This document shows, piece by piece, positions 38,441 through 49,048 of a stretch of 64,000 bases of DNA. A model generated the notes under the pieces. It made no database searches. It was not told the DNA's origin and was given only the letters and a program-made list of their open reading frames with translations. Where the stretch lies: NCBI RefSeq assembly GCF_018350175.1, contig NC_058368.1:225558001-225622000 (forward strand). The letters run 5' to 3'. Position numbers and translations under genes: made by a program. The stretch comes from Felis catus. Lineage: Eukaryota. Position 1 is the stretch's first letter, and each line of letters begins with the position of its first letter.

Positions 38441-39103
38441 TGTCCCGGGAGCTAGGAAGAGAGTACCCACAGCAGAATAAAGAGGAATCCGACGTGGTGC
38501 CCTTGACCTCGTCGGCGTCTTCTGGGAGGATCACCTTGGGGCTGAGGCCTCAAGGAAGGTAGCGGGATGTACGTGGCCCCGACACGGGAGGGCCGCCCTG
38601 GACGGGGTAGGAACAAGAGAGAACTGGCCCATGAGCATCTGACCATGATACGGTACAGGTAGATCATATCTGTACGAACACACACAGAACAAGGGAGCAC
38701 AAATATAAGCAAACCCCAATGCCTAGAAACTGTCATTATTTTCACCCCTACCCTTGTTAACTTAGGACAAATAAGAAAGAGCCAAAAACGAAATTGCAGA
38801 ATAGTGTCATGCTGACCTTTGATGAACCCTATTCAGTGTTTTTCTGTCTTTGCTTCCAAAACGTTTTTATATTTGATGAAAGGTTTTGTTCATAGGCCTT
38901 GGCTCGTTCGCATCATTTTCTTCCTAGGATCTGTGTAGACCCCTGGTGGGTTGGCCATTCTAGACCAGGGTGTCTCCACCTGGCCCTCTTGACATTTGGC
39001 CTGAATAATCCTGTGGTGTTTCTGGCCATCAAAACTGTTTGCAGATAGGGCCGCGTGTTCCGTGGGTGGAGGAGGGGTGCTGAATTCAGAACCACTCTAG
39101 CTG

Positions 39104-39256
39104 AGGGAGCGCCTGGGTGGCTCAGTCAGTTAAAACGTCTGACTTTGGCTCAGGTCATTATCTGGCGGTTCGTGAGTTCGAGCCCCACGTTGTGCTCTGT
39201 GCTGTCGGCGTGGAGCTCGCTTCGGATCCTGTCTCTCTCTCTCTTCCTCTGCTCAT

Positions 39257-39311
<55 letters not shown>

Positions 39312-39330
39312 AATAAACATTAAAAAAAAA
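39104..39330 (+). mobile_element. Can-SINE with long (CT)n, inserted in a MER20-like fossil (about 38965-39390)
   Basis: TSD actctagc; flanking 'ccagggtgtctccacctgg..ttgacatttgg' and 'cccagattgagaac'. Confidence 0.9.
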
Positions 39331-39627
39331 TACTCTAGCCGAAATTCTAGGATGTAGTGAGATGAGGTTCCCCAGATTGAGAACACCCTCTACCCCATCT
39401 GTCCATCAGGGGAGGACATGACAGGATTACTTTCTTTTTCCTTTCTCTTTGATTAGAAAAGCTAAATGTAATGACTGGGGCTTCTAATGACTTGCAATAA
39501 GAGAGGTATGTGTGTGTATGTATACATATACCCACATATACATAACTTGGTGTTACGGAGGCTCTTGCATTCACGTGGCGCGAGTTTCCTTGCAATGTAA
39601 GTGCTATGCTAAGGTTAAAAGTAGATC

Positions 39628-39738
39628 GGGATGCCCGGCTGGCTCAGTCGGAAGAGCGTGCGACTCCTGATCTCTGGGTGGTGAGTCTGAGCCCCACGTT
39701 GGGTGCAGAGATGACTTCAATAAATAAAACTTTAAAAA
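39628..39738 (+). mobile_element. Short (old-type) Can-SINE
   Basis: gggatgcccggctggctcagtcggaagagc..gagccccacgttgggtgcagag; TSD-like aagg(t)taaaagt(a/g)gat. Confidence 0.85.
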
Positions 39739-40502
39739 CTTTTCAAGGTAAAAGTGGATAGTAGCTCAGCTATGTTTTACTTAATTGACTTCAGACCTTG
39801 TGATTCTTCGTGTAGAAGTGGACCCAGCGTTAGGCAAGCCTTCTGAGTTGTTTTTCCAATCATGTTGATTGGTTTCCTTTGTTCTCCCATGCTTAATCCA
39901 GCCTGTCTTGTGACCCGCGGCTTGGATTTCTATAACAGGAGCTGTTTGTTCTGAGGCTGCATTTTCTCTAAATTGGTTTCCTGTCTATTAATCTTTCCAT
40001 ATTTTGTTCCATTTCTTAACCTTACCACCTTTCTCCTAGTATATGCTCCGTTGGAGGAAGTCCGTTTATTCTGAATTGGATTTTTAGGAATACATTTTGG
40101 TATTCTGGCTGTTTGTTCCCAAAAAATTCCGGTAAAAATAATCCCGTTCTGTAAAGCTAGAGTTCTCCTGCTATTTGGGAATAATCTTGTGCAACTAATA
40201 CCCTCTTAATTCTTGCACGTAGCCGTGACTTTTGATGCTTCAAGGGACTCTCCTTAACAATTCTTGAATAAGACTGTGGCTGTCATGAATCCTTTGAAAT
40301 CTTTCTAGATTAAATCAGGTGTTAATTCGTCCAGTGCACATTAACACACTGAGTGCAGCGGGGGGGAATCCCATCCCTTACCTCCTTAGGGTAACATCAA
40401 CGTAGAGACCCTGTCAGTGAGGCTGTCCTCACATATTTAGCATTAAATAAGCCTTGGTGGTACTTGGTCCCTATACCCTGATTTATGTCTTCATAAAGAT
40501 TT

Positions 40503-40719
40503 GGGGCACCTGGGTGGCTCAGTCGGTTAAGCGTCCAACTTCGGCTCAGGTCATGATATCGCGGTCCGTGAGTTCGAGCCGCGCGTCAGGCTCTGTGCTG
40601 ACAGCTCGGAGCCTGGAGCCTGTCTCAGATTCTGTGTCTCCCTCTCTCTCTGACCCTCCCTGCTTCATGCTCTGTCTCTCTCTGTCTCAAAAATAAATAA
40701 ATGTTAAAAAAAAAAAAAA
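40503..40719 (+). mobile_element. Can-SINE, felid type
   Basis: TSD aaagatt. Confidence 0.95.
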
Positions 40720-41085
40720 AAGATTCATGACCATGTGTGATAGTTACGTGTATATTTGGTTTTATTTTCTTCCCCTTGTTGGAATGTAAGCCATATTCCC
40801 AGGGCTTAGACCGCACCAGTAAATATTTGCTCGAATGAATGCATTTCCTTAATTTCTCAGCCACTTATTTAGCATCTACAGTGCCCCACACACTATTCTA
40901 GAATCTTTACAGATATTAGCCCATCTCTGAAGGGATGGTTATCCTTGCCTTTCCTTCACAAATACATTTTCTACATATCCTACTTTTCTGGGAGTAATCA
41001 GTGTTTTGAGCAGCTGCAGTTGGCATAATGTTTTGGTCTTTTTTTTTTTTTTTTCTGTTCGTCGTCTCTTATTTATGTAACTATT

Positions 41086-41311
41086 TGATTTTTTTTAATG
41101 TTGATTTATTTTTGAGAGAGAGAGAGAGAGAGACATAGAATGTGAGTGGGGGAGGGGCAGAGAGAGAGAGAGGGAGACACAGAATCCGAAGCAGGCTCCG
41201 GGCTCTGAGCTGTCGACGCAGAGCCCAATGTGGGGCTTGAACCCACAAACCACGGGATCACGACCTGAGCCGAAATCGGACGCTTAGCTGACTGAGCCAC
41301 CCAGGCGCCCC
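41086..41311 (-). mobile_element. Can-SINE
   Basis: 20-bp TSD ctcttatttatgtaactatt (41066-41085, 41311-41330). Confidence 0.96.
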
Positions 41312-43072
41312 TCTTATTTATGTAACTATTATCTGGCCTCTTGATTCTGTCTTCTTGAGGCCATGGGAAGGATTGGTCTAGTTCTCTGGGTTTTTCCACT
41401 GCACGTGTACCCGTTTTACACACAGCATGCTCCTGAAAACCTTAAGACAAATAAACGTATGAAGGTGGGAACTCTACAGTGTGTAGCCATTTCTGTCAGT
41501 GCCCGTGTGCCCCCCTCTGTATTTTGGCTCACGCATTGTCTTGCTGTTCCCAGGGCATGAAAAAAGACAATGAAATGTTTACAGATGACATATTTAGTTT
41601 TATGTATATAGACACATATATAAACACTTAGTGTCTAAGTATTGTGGGCTGTATATGATTATTTCCAAAAGGCAGACTCCATATAAATTCAGATGACATG
41701 TCCGTATTCTAAAACATTGCTGTCCTCAAATTCTGGAATTCTCAGCATACTCAAGCAGCAGGTAGGGCTGTTTCCACCTTGGGAGGGTCTTGCCGATGGT
41801 GGGTCTTGGGGGAGTTTGAGCGGGAGCCTGTCGCGCCCACTCTGGTGCCTTGTCGTCTTTCCTGTGGGTACGTTTTCCTGGGAACCTGGGGCAGCCACCC
41901 CGCCTGCTGTGTGGCAGGAGCTTTGAGCAAGCAGAGTGAGAAGAGCCGCCTCCCGTGTGCTCTGGGAGCAGAGAGGGGACACGGGGACTCTTTTCTGCCC
42001 TCCTCAGCTGGCTGGGAGCTCACGGGGCCAGACAAGTTCTGCTTCCTCCCCCCACCGTCACAGTCACTGCAGGTGAAGACCCCAGTGCCAGCCCAATGGT
42101 TAGTGTTTCCAGAAAACCCGCCTGGATTAGCATCGTTGGCATGAGGCAAAGCTGGGGAAGGGCAGAGGGTTTTTTTTTTTAGCCGTTCACTTCTGGGATT
42201 TTCCAGATTGCCCCAAGACGACTTCTACATTTGACCTAAATCTCTGTTCCTTCAACGTTCCTCCATGAGTTGGGATGGAAAGTCAGTGTCTTAGAAGCAT
42301 GCCTATGCTCTTGAATGTCCCTGTGCGTTTTCTTTAATACCTGTTATCTTGGCCGTGGCATACTCCACCCTGCACTCCCCACGCGGGCCCCAGGCCTGGC
42401 CTGCCCTGTGGGTGCCTCCGTGGCAGGAGGTGAGGTGGGGGGTTGGCTTCCTTGCCAGGAGGTGGGGCCGCTGGGGCTGGAGCATCTCCTGGTGGATGTG
42501 CGGCCAGGAAGCAGCTGGGGAGAGTAGCTCGTCCTGAGAAAGGATGGTTCTGGTGTCTGCCCTGGCCTCCAGCACTTTCTCAGGACTGGTTTTGACCAAC
42601 TTTTGTGGTTCATGTGGCAGAAATGCCACGGCTGAAGTTTTATTTTTTTCTCTAGAAAAATAAAACCTGCCCTTTTTCATGGCTACTGGAAACCATTGGA
42701 TTGGTACTTTTGCTTTCCTTCGTGTGTCATTCTCTTTTGCAATAACATACTATTTGTTGCCATGTAGGCATCTGGTTGATATTTAAAAATAGAATTTCCC
42801 AGTCAGGAAGTTCTGCAGATACTCTTCCAGAAAGTCGTTTTGTGCATGTGCACATGTGAAGTACGTGTGCCTGTGAAGACTGTGCATTTTTCATGTTATT
42901 TAGGTCCTTTTTATATATTCATGTCTTTAAAGGATGAGTATTATAAAAGTATAAAGTGAATAATTATGGAGTAGACGCCATAATCAAATGATTTTGTTAT
43001 GTACGTGAGTTTATATGTAAAGCTGGCCAAACTTTGATCATCAGACAGGAGCTGACTTAATATGGTTAGTCC

Positions 43073-43202
43073 TTTTTTTTTTTTTTTTTTTTGTAAGATT
43101 CTGTTTTTAAGTAATCTCTACACCCAACATGGAGCTTGAACTTAAAATCCCAAGATCAAGACTCGCGTCCTCTACCAACTGAGCCAGCCAGCCAGGTGCC
43201 CC
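43073..43202 (-). mobile_element. Short (old-type) Can-SINE
   Basis: poly-T, aagtaatctctacacccaacatggagcttgaac..tgagccagccagccaggtgccc. Confidence 0.85.
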
Positions 43203-43995
43203 AACATGGTTGAGTCCTAAATCAAATCAGTGGCACAAAAGCATTTCAGAAATGCATGGAAATTCAGTAATCAGTCTTAAAATATCAGAATTCTGTCATG
43301 CACATGCTACCTACCGCGTGTATGCGGCACTCATCAATGGTGTTTGGAATTTTGAGCAAGATAGACGAACACACCCGTTTTATTTTAAATCTGAGAAGGC
43401 ATTTGTTTGCTACATATCCTGGTGGAGAGGAGATAGAGTCCAAGGACATCTTTTTGAACATTCCTGGGAAGGTGCGTTCCACTCTTTGAACAAACGTGGA
43501 GACTGCCAGGGTGAATTTATGTAACACTTAAATTGAAGAGCTTTTATGATGAAGTTTTGAGATATGCTGTATGATCCCATGGGAAACATTATGCAGGGAA
43601 GCCAAATTATTTTCTAAAAGTTTGGTTAGCCAGGGTCCTAACCCTGGGATCCTACCCTACCCAGGGTCCTAACCCTTACTGATGTATAGCAACAGGAGAA
43701 ATCTGTGGAGAAGTGAACTGTGAATTTAAGATTTCTGTGTCCTCCAAGGGATGGCTAGTACTTGAGCTAATAATGTCTTTTAGGAATATCTAATAGCAAT
43801 TGTCAAATGATTGCTTCCTCTAAAAATAGATAGGCACACAGGGAAAATGAAAAAGTTCTCTGCAGTGTACTTTTTCTTGGCCAATTCAGGCTCTTGTTGC
43901 TAAAACTGGTACTGGGATCGTATTTTAAGGTGGGAGACATCTGTGGAGAGCATTCACCGCCGATAACTAAACAACTGAATTCATTCTGCTCCCAG

Positions 43996-44154
43996 GTGTT
44001 CACTTACAAGCAGAGCACAATTACCCACCAGAAGGTCACCGCCATGCACCCCGTGAGCGAAGAGGGCGTCGATGACATGGCCACCTTGACGGAGCTCCAC
44101 GGGGGCTCCATCATGCACAACTTGTACCGGCGATATAAGAGAAATCAAATATAC
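43996..44154 (+). CDS. MYO10: Unconventional myosin-X internal coding exon (probably exon 3; 159 bp, phase 0-0)
   Basis: Acceptor tctgctcccag|GTG and donor TAC|gtaagt. Translates VFTYKQSTITHQKVTAMHPVSEEGVDDMATLTELHGGSIMHNLYRRYKRNQIY, which carries the myosin head start (DDMxxLxxLxxxSIxxNLxxRY). Recognised as MYO10 from memory. Confidence 0.97.
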
Positions 44155-45172
44155 GTAAGTTCCAACTTTAAGTCTCTGTAAAAATCCCTCCGGTTTGAGT
44201 GAAAGTTAATTTTTGTTTTCCGAGGGTATTTTCTGGCCTTTTGAGAACCTCCAGTTAATCGAAGTCAGACTGTGTCTCCGGGTGTTTCGCCAAACTGGAA
44301 ACGTGGCTCGAGAAATCGTGTTCTCGCGTTTCTTCCCTTGATCGTTACTTTCTGTCGGAAAGAGGTGATCTCACCTCTTTTTACGAGCGCATTCTGTTCG
44401 CGGTCCAGATCGGTGTTAATGAAAGTAGTATTTAGAAATCATTTCAAAAAGTCATTTCCGTGATACATACTTTTTGAAATTAGAGTACGGAGATTAGTTG
44501 AACTGTCCAGGTGAGCCTGCAGACTTTATCTTTTTTTTCATCTGCCTGTTTCCAAGTCTTGATAATAAAGGGGGCAACTCTTGACACGTGGGTTTTCTTT
44601 TCTTCTTGTCAAGTTCAAATTTATACAGGTTTGTCCCTAAAAACCTCAAGTTTTAGTATTGTAAAAACTCTCGATCTTTTAGTAATTTCTGTTCTTTAGC
44701 AGTTACGGTTAATTTTGCCAATATATTTGTGATTTTGATGAGTAGCGTCAGCCTTCACAGCAAGCCAGCAGGTGCTAACGGAAACTCAAGACGGGCCTGT
44801 GTTGTATCCATGTTCCTCCAATTAATTTATTTACCCTTAGACTCGGGGAGGAGGGCTGGGAAAGGAGGAGGAATTCGTTATGTGCAGGTTTACTGCTTAA
44901 TTTTCCTCTGCTTTTTACATAGTGAGTTTCATGCTTGCCCGATTGACCTGACGTTCGCTGTGTGGTTTTAAACAGCCTGATCTAGAGAAATGCCGTGGTG
45001 TTCTCGTCCTCTGACTGGCTGAGCTTGCTTACACTCAGTCTTCAGATTATAGTAGTTTTTGTATGTTCTTCAGGAAAGGTAACATTCCTACGTGTTTACG
45101 TGAATGGCTGCCTGCTCTGTGCTGTGCACGTGCCGGCAAAGCTCTGTTCGGTCCCCATGTCAAGAATCTCCA

Positions 45173-45397
45173 GGGGTGCCTGGGTGGCTCAGTCGGTTAA
45201 GCGTCCGACTTCAGCTCAGGTCATGCTCTCGCGGTTCGTGAGTTCAAGCCCCGCGTCGGGCTCTGTGCTGACCGCTCAGAGTCTGGAGCCTGTTTCAGAT
45301 TCTGTGTCTCCCTCTCTCTCTGACCCTCCCCCGTTCATGCTCTGTCTCTCTCTGTCTCAAAAATAAATAAACGTAAAAAAAAAAAAAGAAAAAAAAA
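45173..45397 (+). mobile_element. Can-SINE, felid type
   Basis: TSD aagaatctcca. Confidence 0.96.
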
Positions 45398-45838
45398 AGA
45401 ATCTCCAGCTGACCAACGAACTCCCTTCTTCCCAGGGAGTAGCCACTACATGTGTCCAGGTCACCACCCCTGTGCCTTTAGGAGTAAGTATTTGACACTG
45501 TCCCGTCATAGCAGTTTCCTTGCTCGGTTTGTCAAGGACTTATTTTGTCTTTCTTGAGCCAAGGACATTGCCAGGAACCTGGTAGCTGTGTAATCAATGT
45601 TTGAAAAATAAATGCCAGACGTATTAGAAATAACATTCTAGTTGATGAGAAAGTGTGAGGCTAGATTTAAAAGTTCTTTATCGGTGTGTGCGTCTTGTAG
45701 GTATTTCGGGACTCAAACTCTTCTGTCTTTAGATACGAGGTCTTACTCTACATTCAATAGTCAGGAAAAATCCAATTGGAAGGGGGGAAAAACTACCAAA
45801 GGGGTTTAAAAGGCAGAGTCTTTAAAAAAGTTTTCCTA

Positions 45839-46060
45839 GGGGCGCCTGGGTGGCTCAGTCGGTTAAGCGTCCTGACTTCGGCTCGGGTCATGATCTCACA
45901 GCTCGTGGGTTCCAGCCCCACATCGGGCTCCATGCTGACGGCTCAGAGCCTGGAACCTGCTTCCGATTCTGTGTCTCCCTCTCTCTCTGCCCCTCCCCAG
46001 CTTGCACTCTGGCTCTCTGTCTCTCTCTCAAAACTAAATAAACATTAAAAAAATTTTTTT
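45839..46060 (+). mobile_element. Can-SINE
   Basis: TSD aagttttcct. Confidence 0.95.
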
Positions 46061-46193
46061 AAGTTTTCCTCCCCCTCTTTTCATGATGATGAGGATATTA
46101 AACCTGATAGCTGAATTGCCCACTAAAGCCTATGAATGGGATATTGGCTTTATTCCCTACAATGAACAACTTTTCCTCTCCCCCACCCCCGCC

Positions 46194-46402
46194 TTTTTTT
46201 TTTTAAGCTAATTTATTTATCTTGAGAGAGCGAGAGAGCGTAAGGGAGGGGTAGAGAGAGGGAGGGAGAGAGAGAATCCAAAGCGGGTTCCACACTGTCA
46301 GCCCGGAGCCCGACGTGGGGCTCAAACTCACAAACCACGAAGTCGTGACGTGAGCCAAAACCAAGACTGAGACGTCTAACCAGCTGAGCCACCCAGGCGC
46401 CC
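46194..46402 (-). mobile_element. Can-SINE, diverged
   Basis: Ends gagccacccaggcgcccc. Confidence 0.9.
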
Positions 46403-46709
46403 CTTTGTCCTTTGCTCCGAGGGAAAAACACAGGATTTTTGTATGTCAATTTGCAGGTCATTTCAGTTAATACTGCCCTCCTGCGCCTGCCTTGTGAGAC
46501 TTGGATCATTGTATTATCATGAAGCAGCCACCTTGATTTTCTTATCGCTGAAGCTGTTTGGGGTGGAGACCACACAAGCCAGGCTCTGCCCCATCAAAAC
46601 AAAACCACCACCTGTCAGAAAAACCACCTCTTTCCTGCCTTTTCTCCCAGCTCTGAGTGACGCCTGGCTGTGTCTTTAAGAGGAAAAAAAATTACTTGTG
46701 CCACGGGTG

Positions 46710-46990
46710 CTGTATCTATTCTCTATTGCTGGCATAAAAAATTGCCACCATTAAAACAGCAGGTGCTGTCCTATGGTTCTGTAGGTCAGTCGTCCGGCTG
46801 GGGTCTTGCCAGCCCAAAACCCAGGTGTGGGAAGGTCAGTGATCCTTTCTGGAGGCTGTAGGGGGCGATCTGTCCCCTGCTCCTTCTGGTCGGCTTTCTC
46901 TTCCGAGTGGCAGGTAACACAGGTCGTCGGGGAGCAGACTCCTCTCCAGGTGGGAAGGTCTGCTGTCTTGTGTGAAAAAGGACTTAGCTT
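46710..46990. mobile_element. MLT1-type (ERVL-MaLR) solo LTR fragment
   Basis: 'tgtatctattctctattgctggcataaaaattgccacc..ttaaaacagca..tggttctgtaggtcag..ttctggaggctgtaggggg'. Confidence 0.65.
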
Positions 46991-47094
46991 TTTTCCTCCT
47001 TGGGGACCACCCTTACTGCCTGAGGACTTCAGCAGACCCCCCAGTAAGATATTTTTCCCCGCCGTTACCATCCTCCATTAAAATGGGGTAGACA

Positions 47095-47220
47095 GGGATG
47101 CCTAGGTGGCTCAGTCGGTTAAGCATCCAGCTCTTGATTTCCACTCAGGTCATGATCTCACAGTTTGTGAGTTCGAGCCCCACATTGAGCTCTGTGCTGA
47201 TGGTGCAGAGCCTGCCTGGG

Positions 47221-47270
<50 letters not shown>

Positions 47271-47293
47271 TAAACAAACTCAAAAAAATAAAA
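47095..47293 (+). mobile_element. Can-SINE
   Basis: TSD taaaatggggtagaca. Confidence 0.95.
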
Positions 47294-47414
47294 TAAAATG
47301 GGGTAGACAGCTCTAAAGGGATAAATGCTCAGAGCAGACAAATCCCAGGTGAGCATGCATTTCTCTACCCACCTTCTCTTGGGCTCTACATTAATAATTT
47401 AATCTGTGTGTCAG

Positions 47415-47630
47415 TTTTTTTTTTTTTTTTAATGTTTATTGATTTTTGAAAGAGAGAAAGAGAGCGAGCTAGCTGGGGAGGGGCAGAGAGAGGGAGACAG
47501 AGAATCTGCAGCAGGCTCCAGGCTCTGAGCTGTCAGCACAGAGCCCAACGCGGGGCTCGAACTCACAGAGCGTGAGATCATGACCTGAGCCGAAGACGGA
47601 TGCTGAACCGACTGAGCCACCCGGGCGCCC
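47415..47630 (-). mobile_element. Can-SINE
   Basis: TSD tgtgtgtcag. Confidence 0.95.
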
Positions 47631-47641
47631 TGTGTGTCAGG

Positions 47642-47877
47642 TTTTTTTTTTTTTTTAATTTTTTTTTTTTTTAACGTTTGTTTATTTTTTGAGACAGAGA
47701 GAGACACAGCATGAACGGGGGAGGGGCAGAGAGAGAGGGAGACACAGAATCGGAAACAGGCTCCAGGCTCTGAGCCATCAGCCCAGAGCCTGACGCGGGG
47801 CTCAAACTCACAGACCGCGAGATCGTGACCTGAGCTGAAGTCGGACGCTTAACCGACTGCACCACCCAGGCGCCCCC
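47642..47877 (-). mobile_element. Can-SINE (younger-type features) at the same target as the previous copy
   Basis: TSD gtgtgtcaggttttt. Confidence 0.95.
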
Positions 47878-48856
47878 CGTGTGTCAGGTTTTTAATTTAT
47901 GTTTTTTAAAAGGTCAGATGTCATAACCCCCATATCTGACGGGACTCCTTTAAAATCAAGCGACAAGCGGAAAGTTTCTGGAATGTCGTTACCTTTGTAC
48001 CTTTCCCCCATCTTACTCGTCTGTACTATGAGGTCTTTATAAAGCTCCTGCCTGGAGCTTGGAGCTTGGAGCTTGGCCCTGGGCTCTTGAGGACAGGAAC
48101 GGAACAGACTTGTCTGTCACTGTGTGGGTCTGCGTGACCCTAGCCTCGCCACTCGTCCTTTTGGGACCTGACCCCTGGTTAGGGCAGCTCTGCTCTCGGC
48201 ATGATTGCCTTGCGTGGGCCTCTTCCTTCGGCCCTAATGCTGGATTGCTTTCCTGGAACTTGAGGTTTCTGGTGCCTAAGGCTCCGCTTCATCTTTCCCA
48301 CCCTCTGGCAACTTCTGAGACCCGCGCCCTGCTTAACACTACAGCTCCCAGCCTGGGACCTCGTCCCAGACTCCCCCCCTCGGCCTCTTTGCCGTGGGCT
48401 TCCTGCCACAGAGACTGTCCCCTGATTGCTTCTCCTCAGGAGAGGGTCTGACGAGGGTCCCGCATTCCTCTGTCTCTTCCTGCCACTCATGAGACCGGGT
48501 GAGGACAGATACCCGCACTTGTAAGTTCCGAAAGACAGAGGAGAGAGGAGCATGTGTTTATGGGACAAAGAAGAGGTAGGGAGAGGTAACCTGCAGGTGG
48601 GCGAGAAAGCCTGAACTGGTCGTGAGACGCCCTATAGGGCGAGAGGAGGTGACAGGAAGGACACTTCAGAGGCAGGGAGAAGAGTGGGTCAGAAGGAAAG
48701 GCTCGAGGACGCCACACGTGCAGATGGAGAGACGAGAGTGAATTCAGTGCGATGGCCTCAGTCGGGGCAAGTCCCTTTGCTCATGGAATCCGGTGTGCTG
48801 GGGACCGTCGAGCAGTCAGGTGGGAGGGGCAGGCCGGGGTCAGAATACCCTTAAAG

Positions 48857-49048
48857 CAGTGAGCCTCAGCCGGGAGACCTGTCCCCAGGGGACATTCGGC
48901 ACAATCTGGAGGGCATCTCTGGCTGCATAGCGAAGGCAGAGGATGTAACGGTTATCTAGCAGGTAGAGGTCAGGGGTGCTGCTGACATCCCACCACAAAG
49001 GGTCCTCTGGCCTGAGATGTCGGTCCTCCCGAGGTTGAGAGGCCTTGA
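48857..49048. mobile_element. MER20-like hAT DNA transposon fossil
   Basis: 'cccaggggacattcggcacaatctggag..atctagcaggtagaggtcaggggtgctgctgacatccc..tggcctgagatgtc..gaggttgaga'. Confidence 0.8.

Larger units (their letters stand above)
1..43995 (+). other. MYO10: Distal part of the long MYO10 intron upstream of exon 3 (intron 2)
   Basis: I found no upstream MYO10 coding exon in the window. The region is repeat-rich and ends at the AG acceptor at 43994-43995. Confidence 0.8.
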
